Shown here in pieces: positions 12,281-25,560 of a stretch of DNA of 64,000 bases. A model generated the notes under the pieces. It was not told the DNA's origin and ran no database searches. It was given only the letters and a program-made list of their open reading frames with translations. Source of the DNA: Takakia lepidozioides. Its lineage: Eukaryota > Plantae > Bryophyta. A program made the position numbers and the translations under genes. Location of the stretch: assembly GCA_030704615.1 (NCBI GenBank), contig CM060732.1:4650001-4714000 (forward strand), in the 5' to 3' direction. Every line of letters begins with the position of its first letter. Position 1 is the stretch's first letter.

Positions 12281-13422
12281 CACATGTCGCTGGGAATTGG
12301 CATGAGCGGAAGACGAAATATCATGAGCACAACTCTCAAAACTACAATTTCCCCTTCAAGGTGCCGAATAATATATTTGTTTTTTCTTACACATTCCATT
12401 AAATTAATGTTTTATAATGTTTTTTATTTTCGAATTTTGTACTTCTGCTCATGAAAACCGATTGTCTTGCTACTCCGCTCATGCCGCTCATGCTCATGAA
12501 ATAGCTAACCTCTTCAAAGCAGCAGCTTGGTTCATAAGAATTCTCAAAAGGGAGGGACATTTAGACAGAACATCCATAGCTTCACTTATTCCACGCATGC
12601 TATCATCACAAGCAGGCAATATAGGGTCAGAACCATCAATGCCCAAACCATCAGTTTCTACCTCACCTTCTACCAACGAAGGCACTTCACTGTCGGATTC
12701 TAGAGGACTCTCCTTTGGTAAGGGTTTGATGACACTCAGGTTTAATCTCGCGGGGATCTCAAATTCGAGTTTTCACCACTCAGTGGTGATATGACTGGTG
12801 AAATGCCTTGGCTAGACTGAATCTCAGTTCGAGGTGAAACAGCCGAATTCAAGACAGGCGTATGCTCAGGGCTGGTTTTGGCTGAGCGATTCGCAAGTTC
12901 TTCAAGTGACATGCTACTGTTATCATCACCACTGCCTCCTATTATCGAAGGAACCTTGTCTAAGGACATAATCCTATCAAACCCGGACCTCAACCAAGAC
13001 TTAGAGGTGCTAGGCATCGTGGAAATGAAACAACAACAACAAGATACAAAGAGTGAACCTTTCCACTTTACAAATATTCAGGCGTTGTGGGATTGGCACG
13101 GTGACTTGCTCCCCCACTGCCTGTCTGTCTGAGGGGTTGGAATAAAGGGTTGGCCTCCCTCCTCGCGTATCAGCTTGCCACACCTTTGTTAATGCGCAGC
13201 AGGGCGAAGTCTTCACTAGAATAATCAGCGGCAGTCAAGAATTGCCGAGTCGTGGCCGTCTTCTGCCAGAAACAATATGAACTACGGGTATTCCCCACTC
13301 CCTTATCAAGATAGCACCCAGCCGATAGTTAGCACTGCGGTCATCTTGCTATAAATTAAGCACCCACTCGCTTGGCAGGGTAAACAATCAAATCTGCTCG
13401 ATCAGCGTGGTGCACCTCAGGG

Positions 13423-14700
13423 TGTCGCGGCCCTTTGCCTTGAGGGCAGGGGGGTCGGGACACAAGAGGGGCTGCCCCTGTGGTGGGGGCAGTGGCAGCG
13501 ATAGGTATGAGGGGCTGAAGCACCCTTGAGTGCCAAGGCACTCAAGGAGGTGGAGGCGCTCACTAGGTGGAGCCCCACACACCGGGTTGCGGTGGGGGTG
13601 GCTCCACAAGGGGTGGTGGTAGCTTAGCGGGACTTAGTGGGGGTGGCATAGGACTCACCCTGGGGCGGAGACCTCGTGGTGGGAGTCGTGGGGAGTCTTG
13701 GGACTCATCACGGTCCATTGGGGCCGTGGTGGGTGGGCCAAGACTCACCGCGACTTATCACCGGGAGTCGAGGGTGTTCGTGGTGGTTCGCCATAAAATG
13801 GCATGGTTGTTTGTGAAACCCCTGCGGACAGCTACAGAAGTATATATAGGGAGTAGTAACCCCGAGAACGGTGCAAGCCCGTTGGTGACCAAAAACTAGT
13901 GAGTAAACGAGCGAGCCGGAAAGCGACCAAAGAGTGGGGAGCTGTTCCGGACTGCCAACTACCAAAGGGAATTCCGCTGGTTCCAAATCATTGGAGGGTT
14001 CTTTGGGAGACCAAAGGGGGACCGTTATGCCCCGGTGAGCAGCCGGAGCTCCAAGTTGGCCCAGCGGCCAGGTTGGGAGTTAGGCGCGCGCATCAAGCGA
14101 GTAACTATGACTTGAGGTGGGGGAGTTTACCAAAGTGAGGTGCGCGACACTTGGTATCAGAGCTTAGAGTTCAGTACGCGATCGTCCTTGGGATTGGCCT
14201 CATCATGGGGTCGGGCAAGCCAAAGCGAAAATGGAACGGCCCAAAAGATGATGATCCTAGTGAGCCCAATGGGGGCGACGTGTCACCGAGGCGGCCGTTT
14301 GAGGAAGCAATGCATGTTTCCGAAAACGAGGCCACTCAAGAGCGGGAGGAATCTGAGGAGTCGGAGCCTGAGGAATCCCTGAGAGCTCCGACCGACCAAC
14401 AGATGCCTCCCATGCCGGCAGCCTTTTGGAAAGGGTTGTTGGCGCAATTTGGCGGGACGTTGAAAGACGTGTTGAAGGCGGCTAATGCCACTTCCACTAA
14501 GGCAAAGTTTAAGATGAAGCCTAAGGAACCCGACACCTTTGAGGGCGTCCAAAATCGGAAGGCACTCAACACCTGGCTCTTAGAGCTAGAGCAGTACTTC
14601 CAGGCGGCCAAGTTGAGTGACGAGGATCGGGTGGAAGTGGATCCCACCTATTTGAGGGGCTATGCTCAACAATGGTGGCAGAAACACCTTCACGACCAAG
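13423..14700 (+). mobile_element. Ty3/Gypsy-like element 5' end: 727-bp LTR (13423-14149), tRNA-iMet PBS, truncated gag (14205-14700)
   Basis: TGTCGCG...CGCGACA termini; TGGTATCAGAGC at 14152-14163; gag motif PDTFEG...WL..LEQYF...YLRGYAQQWW; near-identical LTR at 33125-33849. Confidence 0.9.
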
Positions 14701-14704
14701 GTCC

Positions 14705-17700
14705 AACGCCTCATTGGCCCATCAAACAAATTTCGATTGATCTCATATTACACTGGGACGTATCAGAGGGCACGTTGAACACACCGGCCAAGTCTCAAAG
14801 CGAACGAAAATCATTTGGATGGGCAACCATCCGTTGGCCCATTGAACAAATTTCGATTGATCTCATGTTACTTTGGGGCCTCTTGCATGGTACATTGAAC
14901 ATACTGGCCAAGTCTCAAAGCGAACCAAAATCATTTCGATGGCCAACCAGCCGTTGAGCCATCGAATGAATTTCGATTGATCTCATATTAGTCCGGGACT
15001 TGTGAGAGGATGTCTCAAACGTACTCGCAAAGTTTGGAAGCAAAAAAAAATGATTTGGATGGGCAACCATCCGTTCACCCGTTGAATGTATTCCGTTGGA
15101 TCTGCTATTACTTTGGGACCTGTTGGACTGTGTTTCGCGTGTTCATGTTTTTTTTTTTCATTCTGTTTTTGAATGGGGCATGTGATGACTCCATATGCAA
15201 CGTGCGTGCCAAATTTGGGAGCGATCAAAATTCATTTGGACCCAAAACCACAGTTTCTTCCCTATTTTGCACTCCAAACTTGTTTTGTGTTCTACTTCAT
15301 GCACTCTTCATAAAGAGTTATGCAATAAGGAGCGAAGAGAACATTTTTTTTTGGTTTTATTGGTCCAAATTTTGGCGGGGGAGTAGCAGTGGGATGCTTG
15401 AAGCCGCAGAACAAAATTGAACCAAAAACAAAATCGATGCGTGCCAGAAACCCCCAACGAAAGGCAGTGCAAACCTATTTATTGGCTTAAAATTAATTTA
15501 AGTTCAATTAAGTTCTGGGATGGCTCGAGGGGTGAGCGCGTCGATGGGGAGGCAAATGATTTATTCGTCTATTGTGTCTCCGAACATATGTTGCACACAT
15601 GTTCAAGCACATGCGGGCAAAAGATGGGCTTCAACCCATCCGTTCAATGGGTGCAATAGTCGTGCACGCATTGCAGGATTTTTTTTCTCGCAATGAACAA
15701 AAACCAGATGACAACTGAACGCCTCATTGGCCCATCAAACAAATTTCGATTGATCTCATATTACACTGGGACGTATCAGAGGGCACGTTGAACACACCGG
15801 CCAAGTCTCAAAGCGAACGAAAATCATTTGGATGGGCAACCATCCGTTGGCCCATTGAACAAATTTCGATTGATCTCATGTTACTTTGGGGCCTCTTGCA
15901 TGGTACATTGAACATACTGGCCAAGTCTCAAAGCGAACCAAAATCATTTCGATGGCCAACCAGCCGTTGAGCCATCGAATGAATTTCGATTGATCTCATA
16001 TTAGTCCGGGACTTGTGAGAGGATGTCTCAAACGTACTGGCAAAGTTTGGAAGCAAACAAAAATGATTTGGATGGGAAACCATCCGTTCACCCGTTGAAT
16101 GTATTCCGTTGGATCTGCTATTACTTTGGGACCTGTTGGAATGTGTTTCGCGTGTTCATGTTTTTTTTTTTTCATTCTGTTTTTGAATGGGGCATGTGAT
16201 GACTCCATATGCAACATGCGTGCCAAATTTGGGAGCGATCAAAATTCATTTGGACCCAAAACCACAGTTTCTTCCCTATTTTGCACTCCAAACTTGTTTT
16301 GTGTTCTACTTCATGCACTCTTCATAAAAGAGTTCTGCAATAAGGAGCGAAGAGAACACTTTTTTTTGGGGGCATTTTTTATTGGTCCAAATTTTGGCGG
16401 GGGAGTAGCAGTGGGATGTTTGAAGCCGCAGAACAAAATTGAACCAAAAACAAAATCGATGCGTGCCAGAAACCCCCAACGAAAGGCAGTGCAAACCTAT
16501 TTATTGGCCTAAAATTAATTTAAGTTCAATTAAGTTCTGGAATGGCTCGAGGGGTGAGCGCGTCGATGGGGAGGCAAATGATTTATTCGTCTATTGTGTC
16601 TCCGAACATATGTTGCACACATGTTCAAGCACATGCGGGCAAAAGATGGGCTTCAACCCATCCGTTCAATGGGTGCAAAAATCGTGCACGCATTGCAGGA
16701 TTTTTTTTCTCGCAATGAACAAAAACCAGATGACAACTGAACGCCTCATTGGCCCATCAAACAAATTTCGATTGATCTCATATAACACTGGGACGTATCA
16801 GAGAGCATGTTGACCACACCGGCCAAGTCTCAAATCGAACGAAAATCATTTGGATGGGCAACCATCCGTTGGCCCATTGAACATCAAGCATCCCACTGCT
16901 ACTCCCCTGCCAAAATTTGGACCAATAAAAAATGCCCCCAAAAAAAAGTCTTTTCTTCGCTCACTATTGCAGAACTCTTTATGAAGAGTGCATGAAGTAG
17001 AATACAAAACAAGTTTGGAGTGCAAAATAGGGAAGAAACTGTGGTTTTGGGTCCAAATGAATTTTGATCGCTCCCAAATTTGGCACGCACGTTGCATATG
17101 GAGTCATTACATGCCCCATTCAAAAACAGAATGAAAAAAAAAACATGAACACGCGAAACACAGTCCAACAGGTCCCAAAGTAATAACAGATCCAACGGAA
17201 TACATTCAACGGGTGAACGGATGGTTGCCCATCCAAATCATTTTTGTTTGCTTCCAAGCTTTGCCAGTACGTTTGAGACATCCTCTCGCAAGTCCCGGAC
17301 TAATATGAGATCAATCGAAATTCATTCGATGGCTCAACGGCTGGTTGGCCATCGAAATGATTTTGGTTCACTTTGAGACTTGGCTAGTATGTTCAATGTA
17401 CCATGTAAGAGGCCCCAAAGTAACATGAGATCAATCGAAATTTGTTCAATGGGCCAACGGATGGTTGCCCATCCAAATGATTTTCGTTCGCTTTGAGACT
17501 TGGCCGGTGTGTTCAACGTGCCCTCTGATACGTCCCAGTGTAATATGAGATCAATCGAAATTTGTTTGATGGGCCAATGAGGCGTTCAGTTGTCATCTGG
17601 TTTTTGTTCATTGCGAGAAAAAAAATCCTGCAATGCGTGCACGACTATTGCACCCATCGAACGGATGGGTTGAAGCCCATCTTTTGCCCGCATGTGCTTG

Positions 17701-17896
17701 AACATGTGTGCAACATATGTTCGGAGACACAATAGACAAATAAATCATTTGCCTCCCCATCGACGCGCTCACCCCTCGAGCCATTCCAAAACTTAATTGA
17801 ACTTAAATTAATTTTAAGCCAATAAATAGGTTTGCACTGCCTTTCGTTGGGGGTTTCTGGCACGCATCGATTTTGTTTTTGGTTCAATTTTGTTCT
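14705..17896. repeat. ~1.01 kb satellite-like unit (containing 120-bp subrepeats): ~2.1 direct copies followed by one inverted copy
   Basis: Unit starts AACGCCTCATTGGCCC at 14705, 15718, 16740; inversion junction at 16882/16883; 16883-17896 is the reverse complement of ~15408-16423. Confidence 0.9.
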
Positions 17897-20420
17897 AGTC
17901 ATCTTCATCTAGATTAATTACTTCGTTGTCGTCATCTCCAGGTGTTGATGAAGATGATCCGGGTGTAGAGGACGTGCCTACACCAGTACAGAGAGCTCGA
18001 ACTTGGGCTTGAGTGGTCAAGGAGGGACCCAGTGTTGTCTGATCCACCCTTGCCATCATGCGTAGCGTTCTAGGCGAGTGCTGACTCTCTTCCTCATTTG
18101 CCAGAGCCGGGTTTGTCGCTCTTGCTACGGCTTCATGCAATTTTTCAATTAAATCCGGTATGTTTGGAAGTGGCAAGAACACCCCTGGAATAGGGGCAAC
18201 TTGGTCACGCCATGTCTTCTACCAATACCGAACAACACTCCTGAAAATGTCTTGAAATTGTCCAACATCTCCTCCTGCTGGGGGTCTCTGCGCAACTCTG
18301 TAGGAAATGGCTCTTCATCCTGACGAGGCACCCAATACCTCTCATTCATATCATCCCAACGGATGCTAGCGTCCTCCAACTCCCTCAGAAATAGGTCTCC
18401 CCCAATCGGTTCGCGATTGTATGGGTCATTTTCCGCTGGCACCCACGGATCCTCAGGTAGTCGAAAGAATCTTTGTCTGGTACAGCTCCACTGCCCTCCC
18501 AAGTTCCGGCAAAAAAACTCCCTTTGGACTGGGTCCCGTATGCCTCTAGCACGCACGGTTATTTCCCAATTGGATGTCACCCAAAAGATCACCGGATCTT
18601 TAACCCTAGATTTAGTCAAGGCATCCAAGGCGTGCATCTCTCTTGGAGCATCCCATGCATGTCATTGTCTCCCCCCAGTGCTGACAATTTAAAAAATCGT
18701 AAGGCTCCACATCCAATGGCATGTTGTACCAGTTGTACTCATATCCCGTGGGCATATTGTCTTGCAACCCAAACACCTCGTAGAAACGTCGATGGATTGG
18801 TCCACGACAGTCAAGGCATTGGCTGGCTCGCATGGCTGTCGATATGAGACATGTGGGGTGGAACAAATGGCCACATGAACCAAACATATAGCCTCCCTCC
18901 GGTCCGTAAGGGTTTAGGCACATTGTGCACACTGTACCATCTGTTACCCATGACGGTGGATTGCTCCGTGGTATCCACGTCCGCGATTCCTCATGAATGC
19001 CGGATGACATCCTCGGCCTGCTGTCCCACTCCTCCTCTACTTCCAAATCCCAACTTATGCTCTTATTGGTATCGGAAATTGTATGTACACAGTGCTCAAA
19101 CATGGCATCCACATCAGCCCATGTGTTGGATCCAGTGTACTTCGACGTGAATACATCACGCACAGTGTGGTGCCTTTGCAAATTAGCAGAGATGCTATCT
19201 ACGATTCGATTCGACAAACGCGCTGCACGTTGGAGGGAGGACAGTGCTTCTTCTATCCGTGTTTCCCGCGATGCTAGATGGCCCGCCCATGTCACCCAAT
19301 TCCGCCAATTCCCCTTCAACCATGGCCACGATCGGATTTGCATGGCATTTGAGTACCGATATGCAACAACCCTAGCTTGGTCACGTTCTCCCACAAGCTG
19401 CTCTAATTCTTGTTCCTGGGCTGATGTAATTTGCACGACTGAACATTCCCCAGTTTCCACTATGGGGTCCTTCCCTTTTCTTGCCCTCTCCGCCACAAGT
19501 CTTTCTTCCTCAACCCTCGCCGGGTCCAGTTCAGGCGTTTGCACTTCATTCACATGCCTGATTGAGTCAACTCTGTCGATGACGCGGTCAATGTCCATTG
19601 GTGGCATATCCAAACGCGCCAATATGTCTTGCTCGTTGGTGATTGGCCTCGGGTCCTGAAGCACACCGTGTACGCTGTCGAGAGTCCCCAACCCCATTCT
19701 TTCCAGCAACTTTGCTATTTGCCACCGTTGCAAATGAACAATGTCCTGCAAGTCCTTGATGTATTGTTCCTGTGCGGCCAACTGTTCCTCCAACGGAGAG
19801 CGTACCTCGCCCCCCTCTACCTCAAACGTTGAAGGCCCGGCTGTGGAGACCTGTTGCGGCGTATATTCTGGAGGTCGGTCCCCCTGCACCTCCCATACTA
19901 CCACTACGTCTGCATTTCCACCTTCTTCCACCTCGTCGTTTCCATCCAACCGTATGATGTCCTACCCCTGACGTATATACAAGTCTGGGATATCAGAGAA
20001 CATGTATAGTCTAGTACGCTGTCTCGCAGTGGCAGTTTGCCAATCCACTAGTCGCAATAAAATCAACTCTGTGTATAACATGGCCGCAAATAAATACGGG
20101 CCCTTGTTGTTGACAAGCGGTTGACCCCACAATGTTGTATGTACCTCCTCTGCCCTGTGGCGGAAATGCGGGTTGGCGCAGGAATGCAAGCTAGCTTGAT
20201 TTTGTTTGGTTTGTGGCTCATGCCTATCTCTGGGCCACAAACGATTTATGTGACACCAGTCCACAAATTTCCTGCGCCCCAACCTCCAAACTTCCCAACC
20301 TGGTTCCGCAAGAATGTTGGGGTCACTATATATGTCCCAACGAAGTTCGCGTCTGGCCCCTTTCGGTTTTTTTTGGGAGGTCCAGGTTCATTATCCTCAT
20401 CCCTGGGATGACCTCCTCTA
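17896..20420 (-). pseudogene. RING-H2 finger/coiled-coil protein, probably TE-borne, frameshifted
   Basis: ORF 18612-19949 has CTMC-x-CGHLFHPTC-x10-CLDC; continued by frame-shifted ORFs 18149-18637 and 17895-18182 and preceded by 19962-20282. Confidence 0.65.
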
Positions 20421-20861
20421 TCTTCCTCCTCCGCTATTTATGGTTCTGGCTTACCCCTACTCGACAGGTGTTTGCTAGGAAAAATTCTCTCCCAACCCTC
20501 CTAAATCGTACCTAAGCCTACTCCCTAATGAATCCTCCCCAAGTACTAGAGGCACGTATTACTCCCTCCGCAATTCTAAGTGATATGACGCAATGTGCAA
20601 TGAAAAAAACGTGGGTGCCAGAGGAGGGCTTCCCGGGAGGTACTCAGCATCGATTTCGTAGAAACCAACGACCAAAAATACCCCGCACCCAACCAATAGC
20701 ACCCCTCTTCACTCGGACTCAACGACAAGGAATACAACATCCTATCGCCTACCAAGTCCTGGTGTGGAGAGAAGTGAGGGAGAGAATGGCCTCGAAGGCC
20801 TTATAAGCCCCCCTCCACACTCGGGGCGCGCGGTGTCATCATGACTACGCACGCTAGTAAT

Positions 20862-21506
20862 AGCTGTGACCACCAGCAGGGGGGTGGTCGCAGAATTTTT
20901 CTTTTTTTTAATAGATGCGACCACAAGCAAAGGGGTGGTCGCAGAATTTTTTTTTTTTTAAATAGGTGCGAACACCAGCAGGGGGGTGGTCGCAGCAATT
21001 TTGTTTAAAAAAAATAGGTGCGACCACCACCTGCTGGTGGTCGCACCATTTTCCTTTTCTTTAATAGATGTGACCACCAGCAGGGGGGTGGTCGTATAAT
21101 TTTCTTTTTTTTAAATATCTGTGACCACCAGCAAGGGGGTGGTCGTACCATTTTCTTTAAGGTGCGACCAGCAGCAGGGGGGTGCTCGCAGGGGGGTGGT
21201 CACATAATTTTCCTTTTTTTAAATAGCTGCGACCACCAGCAGGGGGGGGGGTCGCACCATTTTTTTTTAGGGGCGACCACCAGCAAGGGGGTGGTCGCAG
21301 AATTTTCCCTTTTTAAATAGCTGCGACCACCGGCAGGGAGGTGGTCGAACCATTTTTCTTTTTGTTAAATAGCTGCGACCACCAGCAGGGGGGTGGTCGC
21401 AACATTTTTCTTTTATTTTAACAGTTGCGACGACCGCTACTGGTGGTCGCACAATTGTTTTTTTAAAAATAGGTGCGACCACCAGGAGGTCGGTCCCCCT
21501 GCACCT
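20862..21506. repeat. Hairpin repeat array TGCGACCACC-loop-GGTGGTCGCA with A/T-tract spacers, ending in putative hAT terminus ...GGAGGTCGGTCCCCCTG
   Basis: Over ten copies at ~48 bp spacing; same repeat flanks the hAT gene at 25179-25560. Confidence 0.85.
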
Positions 21507-22660
21507 GTATGTATGTTTGGAGAGGCAGATGAAAAGCACATGTATCGATTCCCCACGGATTTGTGAAAGGGAAGATGAATGTTGGGAGTTGCACCTGGCC
21601 TTTGTGGCTTTCGAAACCATAATAGGAAATCAACAATATAAAGGTAATGACGAAACACAAACACACACACAACCACCAAACCCTTTCTTCCACCATTTTT
21701 ATTTCCGTACATGTATGCATGTACCCAAACTGAAACATGGATATTCATGGAAACATACTACACATCATGTGACAGAAGTTATAGCTGTACCTAGTTCCGT
21801 CTGACACGACGACGATGGTATGTTCTCATGCCCAGTACAAAATCTTCGTCCCCACTCACTTCACCCCTGTTCCCATGATCAGTGTTGGAATCATCATCTC
21901 CATCTGTTCTTTCGTTTCCAAAGGCAACTGGCCGTTGGACCTGTAGTCGTCCTCGGAGTACGTTGAGTTGTCTCTCTGGTCGATTTTCACTCCTATCATG
22001 AATACCATCTAAGGTATCAGGCCTGTTCATAGGTCGGTCACCAACAAAAGATTGCACAATTCTCTGCCATTTCTGGGCTTGTCCCGGATTTTGTGGTGGC
22101 CTTGGAGCAGGTCTCGTATGAGGAAGGCTACTCGCACGTACATCAGAAGGGCCGACATGAGAGGAGGGGCATGAGATGGATCAGCGAGGGTCAAGGGAGC
22201 ACGGTTCACATGCGGACGTCGTCGGGCCAGATGAAACGACAATGGCCAGTCGTCGTCAACCGATGGTTCGACTTGCAGAAGTCCCGCAGCAGAAGAAGCA
22301 TCTCCCAGGATCGGAGTAGCGATGGAAGGAATTACATGAGGGGAAGAGAGACTAGATGGACCAGCATGGGATGGACCGGCTTGAGAAAGAGAAATATGAG
22401 ATGAAGCGGCGTGAGATGAAGCACAGTTCACAGGGGCAGGACGTCGATGAAGGAATGACAACGGCCGGTTGTCATCATCCGACGATTCGACCTGCACATC
22501 TCCCGCAGTCTGTGGAACTCGTGGTGGGGGAAAATTGACCTCAACTTCATTGTTGAGAGTGTGCTCCAGTGAGGGAAGGGGATCCGTAATTGGGATGACA
22601 CCATGTCGCAGTTCATCAATAACAAGGTCATCGAAGGATGGGTGCATTGCAGCATCGTCG

Positions 22661-24778
22661 TCATTCATATGGGTCATGTGGAGGATTGCCGACATCATCG
22701 GACCCATCCCAATCGTCGGAGTAGGAGTCCCTCGCGGCGTCGGTGTCATCATTGCTGCTAGATTGGACCTCTGAGGCATATTCTTCAGACAACATATTCT
22801 TCTCGTACCATGCATATGCGTCACTTGCTGTCCCCTCTCGCAATAGCCTACAATTCGTGTAGACATAAACCAATTTGTTAGCCCTGGCAGGATTCAACCT
22901 GTTGCGAATCTTGTTGTGAACAAAAGAGTAACTGCTCCAGTTCCGCTCACTGGACGAGGCAGAGCACACTTGAGCAAGAATACGCTTTGCAATGGGAGCT
23001 AACGTTCTTGCTCCAGCTCTAATCAGATCCCACCATTCATGTGGCAACATGTTCATTGCTTTTGGATCCGACATGTCATGGAAATAATTCTGGCGATCCG
23101 AGAAGCACTGGTACTCGGACAAAGCTCGCTCTGCCATATTTAAGGGCGCAAGTTGCATGATGACCCGTACAAGCCCGGCTTTGGCATCCACATCGTCTCT
23201 CAAATCCGTATTGTCCAGCAAAAATGGATTCAGCAAGGCCCCCGCATAATGCAAGTCCGTGCGAACCATCCGTTTGCGGTCGTAAAATGCATCCTCGGTA
23301 CTTGCCGCCAAATCATCGTCCATAGAGAATGAAGGACGCCTCAAGGATTGCACGTGCTTCTGAAGGTTTTCCAATATCAACCATGCTTTACCCATTATTG
23401 GTTGTTTTCCATTAAACTCCCGCAAAGCAATCAACACCGGCTCTACCATGTACACAAAATTTGCACATTTCGCCCAGAAATCGTCAGAGCGAATGATTGC
23501 GCGGACCCTCCGATTTTTGCTCAAAGACTTGGACTTACGAGAGTCGCGTAAGGTGTTCACATATGCATCCCATTGAGGGTCGATGATCACCTGCTCCAGA
23601 CCCGCCCTCACAGTCATCAGTTGATCCACCATCAAAAAGTTTGTGGCAAAGCGGGTTTCACCCGGGTTCCTAAGGCTGTATTTGGGTTCATGCTTTCTAA
23701 ACAATGCTAGAGGGATGTGATGTGTACGGATGAACGTCACAACCGACTTTGCCCTTTTTACTAGCTGTTTCATCCATGATTCATTTCCCCAATCCTCCAA
23801 AATGAGATCAAAGATATGAGCAGCACACCCTTGGTAATATAGATGGGGATATCGTACCATCAAAATATCGGCCATATTAACCATGTTAGATGCATTGTCC
23901 GTGCATACTTGGACAATTTTATCAGCTCCAATTGTATCGATGAAACTCGTCACCAACCCTGCTTGATAACGTACATTTTTTCTCTCCCCGCTTGTGTCAA
24001 CGGATCCCAAAAATTGTTCCCCCGCTGGACAGACCAGCATGACATTGAACAGTGGTCACTTAGTAACAGAACTCCAACCGTCCGCACATATAGTGCTTCC
24101 ATATTTCCGGAGAGAATCACCTGTATTTTCATTCACCTTTTGGGTGAGGTCAGACATAACCTCTTCTAGCAATCCTGTGCGGAGATCGCAATAACTCGGA
24201 GGTGTGTATGTGGATTTGGAATCGGACGTGGCTTTGACAGCAGCCACAAACGCAGGAAGCCTCGAGACATTGAACGAAATATTGGCCTCGTAGAAAAATT
24301 GGGCCCACTTCTTATCCAAAGTCCTCCTATGCGACAAATTTAAGCCTTCTTGCATTGATTGTTGCCTCAATGGTCTGGTCCGTACAAGTGCTGGCGTACA
24401 ATCGGGTATTGCTCTTGACCCACCGGCTTCTCCACAAACAACAGATGCCTCGCAAGAATCCCCCTGGATACAACTCTGAGAGGCATTTTGATTCGAACAT
24501 GGAGTGTTTGGCTCAGAAGCCGCGGCCACATCAAGAGACGGTGGGATATTGCCTCCACATTGGGCAAAGTGGGCTTTCACTCGCAGGGATGCTTTTGGGC
24601 ACAAATTAACCCCTACATTCTTCCCATCTCTGTAGCCAAGGTAATATAACATACGATCTTTGCGACCCGCCAGCTTCAATGCACAGAGATTGCTTGGAAC
24701 ACCATCTTTTTTGTGCGGGTCTACGGTGAACCAAGGGATCCACTCCTCCCTCATCCTCACACCCAGAATCCTAACCAC
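22661..24778 (-). pseudogene. hAT-family transposase (DUF659-type core + hAT dimerisation domain), one nonsense codon at 24056
   Basis: ICADGWS, VCTDNASN, CAAHIFDLILED, ETRFATNF, WW, CSASSSERNWSSY...RNRL...KLVYV; ORFs 24056-24778 and 22661-24040 are in frame. Confidence 0.92.
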
Positions 24779-25178
24779 AGACTTAAGGTTGAATGAAGAA
24801 CACTAGTGTACTTGGTAGATTTGTCAAGAGCAATAGAAGGTAGAACAGAATGCGATGGCCCAACACTACGGCATCAATCCAAGTGGATCAATGCACCATG
24901 TAGTATTGTGCTTTTCGACAATTTGCTGCAGTGGCTCTGGTGGAAGCCACAACAGCAAACGGTCCGCACCCTCCTCTTGGGCTACACTCTTGCTCAAGGA
25001 ATAAAGAACATTCACTCGCAACAAAAGTGTTTGCCACAAAAGAAGTGAGGGGCATTGTGACCACCTTATATTCCCTCCAGCCTCCAAGCCTCACACGCTC
25101 GACGAATCAGAATCCGATGTTGTGACCGCCCCAGGTCGCACGAGGAAGTCGCATGTTAATTAAATTAATTAACAAATG

Positions 25179-25560
25179 CTGCGACCACCCCATGCTGGTG
25201 GTCACACCTATTAAAAAAAAAAAAAAAAACTGCTACGACCACCCCCATGCTGGTGGTCGCAGATATTAAAAAATAGAAAAATGTTGCGACCACCCCCCTG
25301 CTGGTGGTCGCAGCTATTAAACAAAAGGAAAATGCTGCGACCACCCCCATGCTCGTGGTCGCATATATTAAAAAACAGAAAAATGTTGCAACCACCCCCC
25401 TGCTGGTGGTCGCACCTATTAAAAAAATAGAAAAATGCTACAACCACCCCCATGCTGGTGGTCGCAGATATTAAAAAACAGAAAAATGTTGCGACCACCC
25501 CTCTTATGGTGGTCGCATCTATTACAAATAAAATAAAAATTCTGCGACCACCAGGAGGTT
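25179..25560. repeat. hAT 5' subterminal hairpin array, terminus cut by the MULE-like end at 25555
   Basis: About eight TGCGACCACC...GGTGGTCGCA units; ends GCGACCACCAGGAGGT as at 21475-21490 but lacks CGGTCCCCCTG. Confidence 0.85.

Larger units (their letters stand above)
5900..12512 (+). mobile_element. MULE-like DNA transposon, copy B (diverged subfamily); right terminus present, left end not found
   Basis: Palindrome arrays + transposase + end sequence GCTCATGAAATAGCTAACCTC (to 12512), the reverse complement of the ends at 25555 and 46308. Confidence 0.8.

Noticed and set aside
12513-13420. Coding fragments (Ser-rich ORFs, possible recombinase remnant)
   Set aside because: No recognisable motif set could be supported by eye
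14700-14957. C-terminal extension of gag
   Set aside because: Read-through into the satellite repeat, not genuine coding sequence
20862-21506. CRISPR-like repeat-spacer array
   Set aside because: Spacers are low-complexity A/T tracts and the repeats vary; fits TE subterminal repeats
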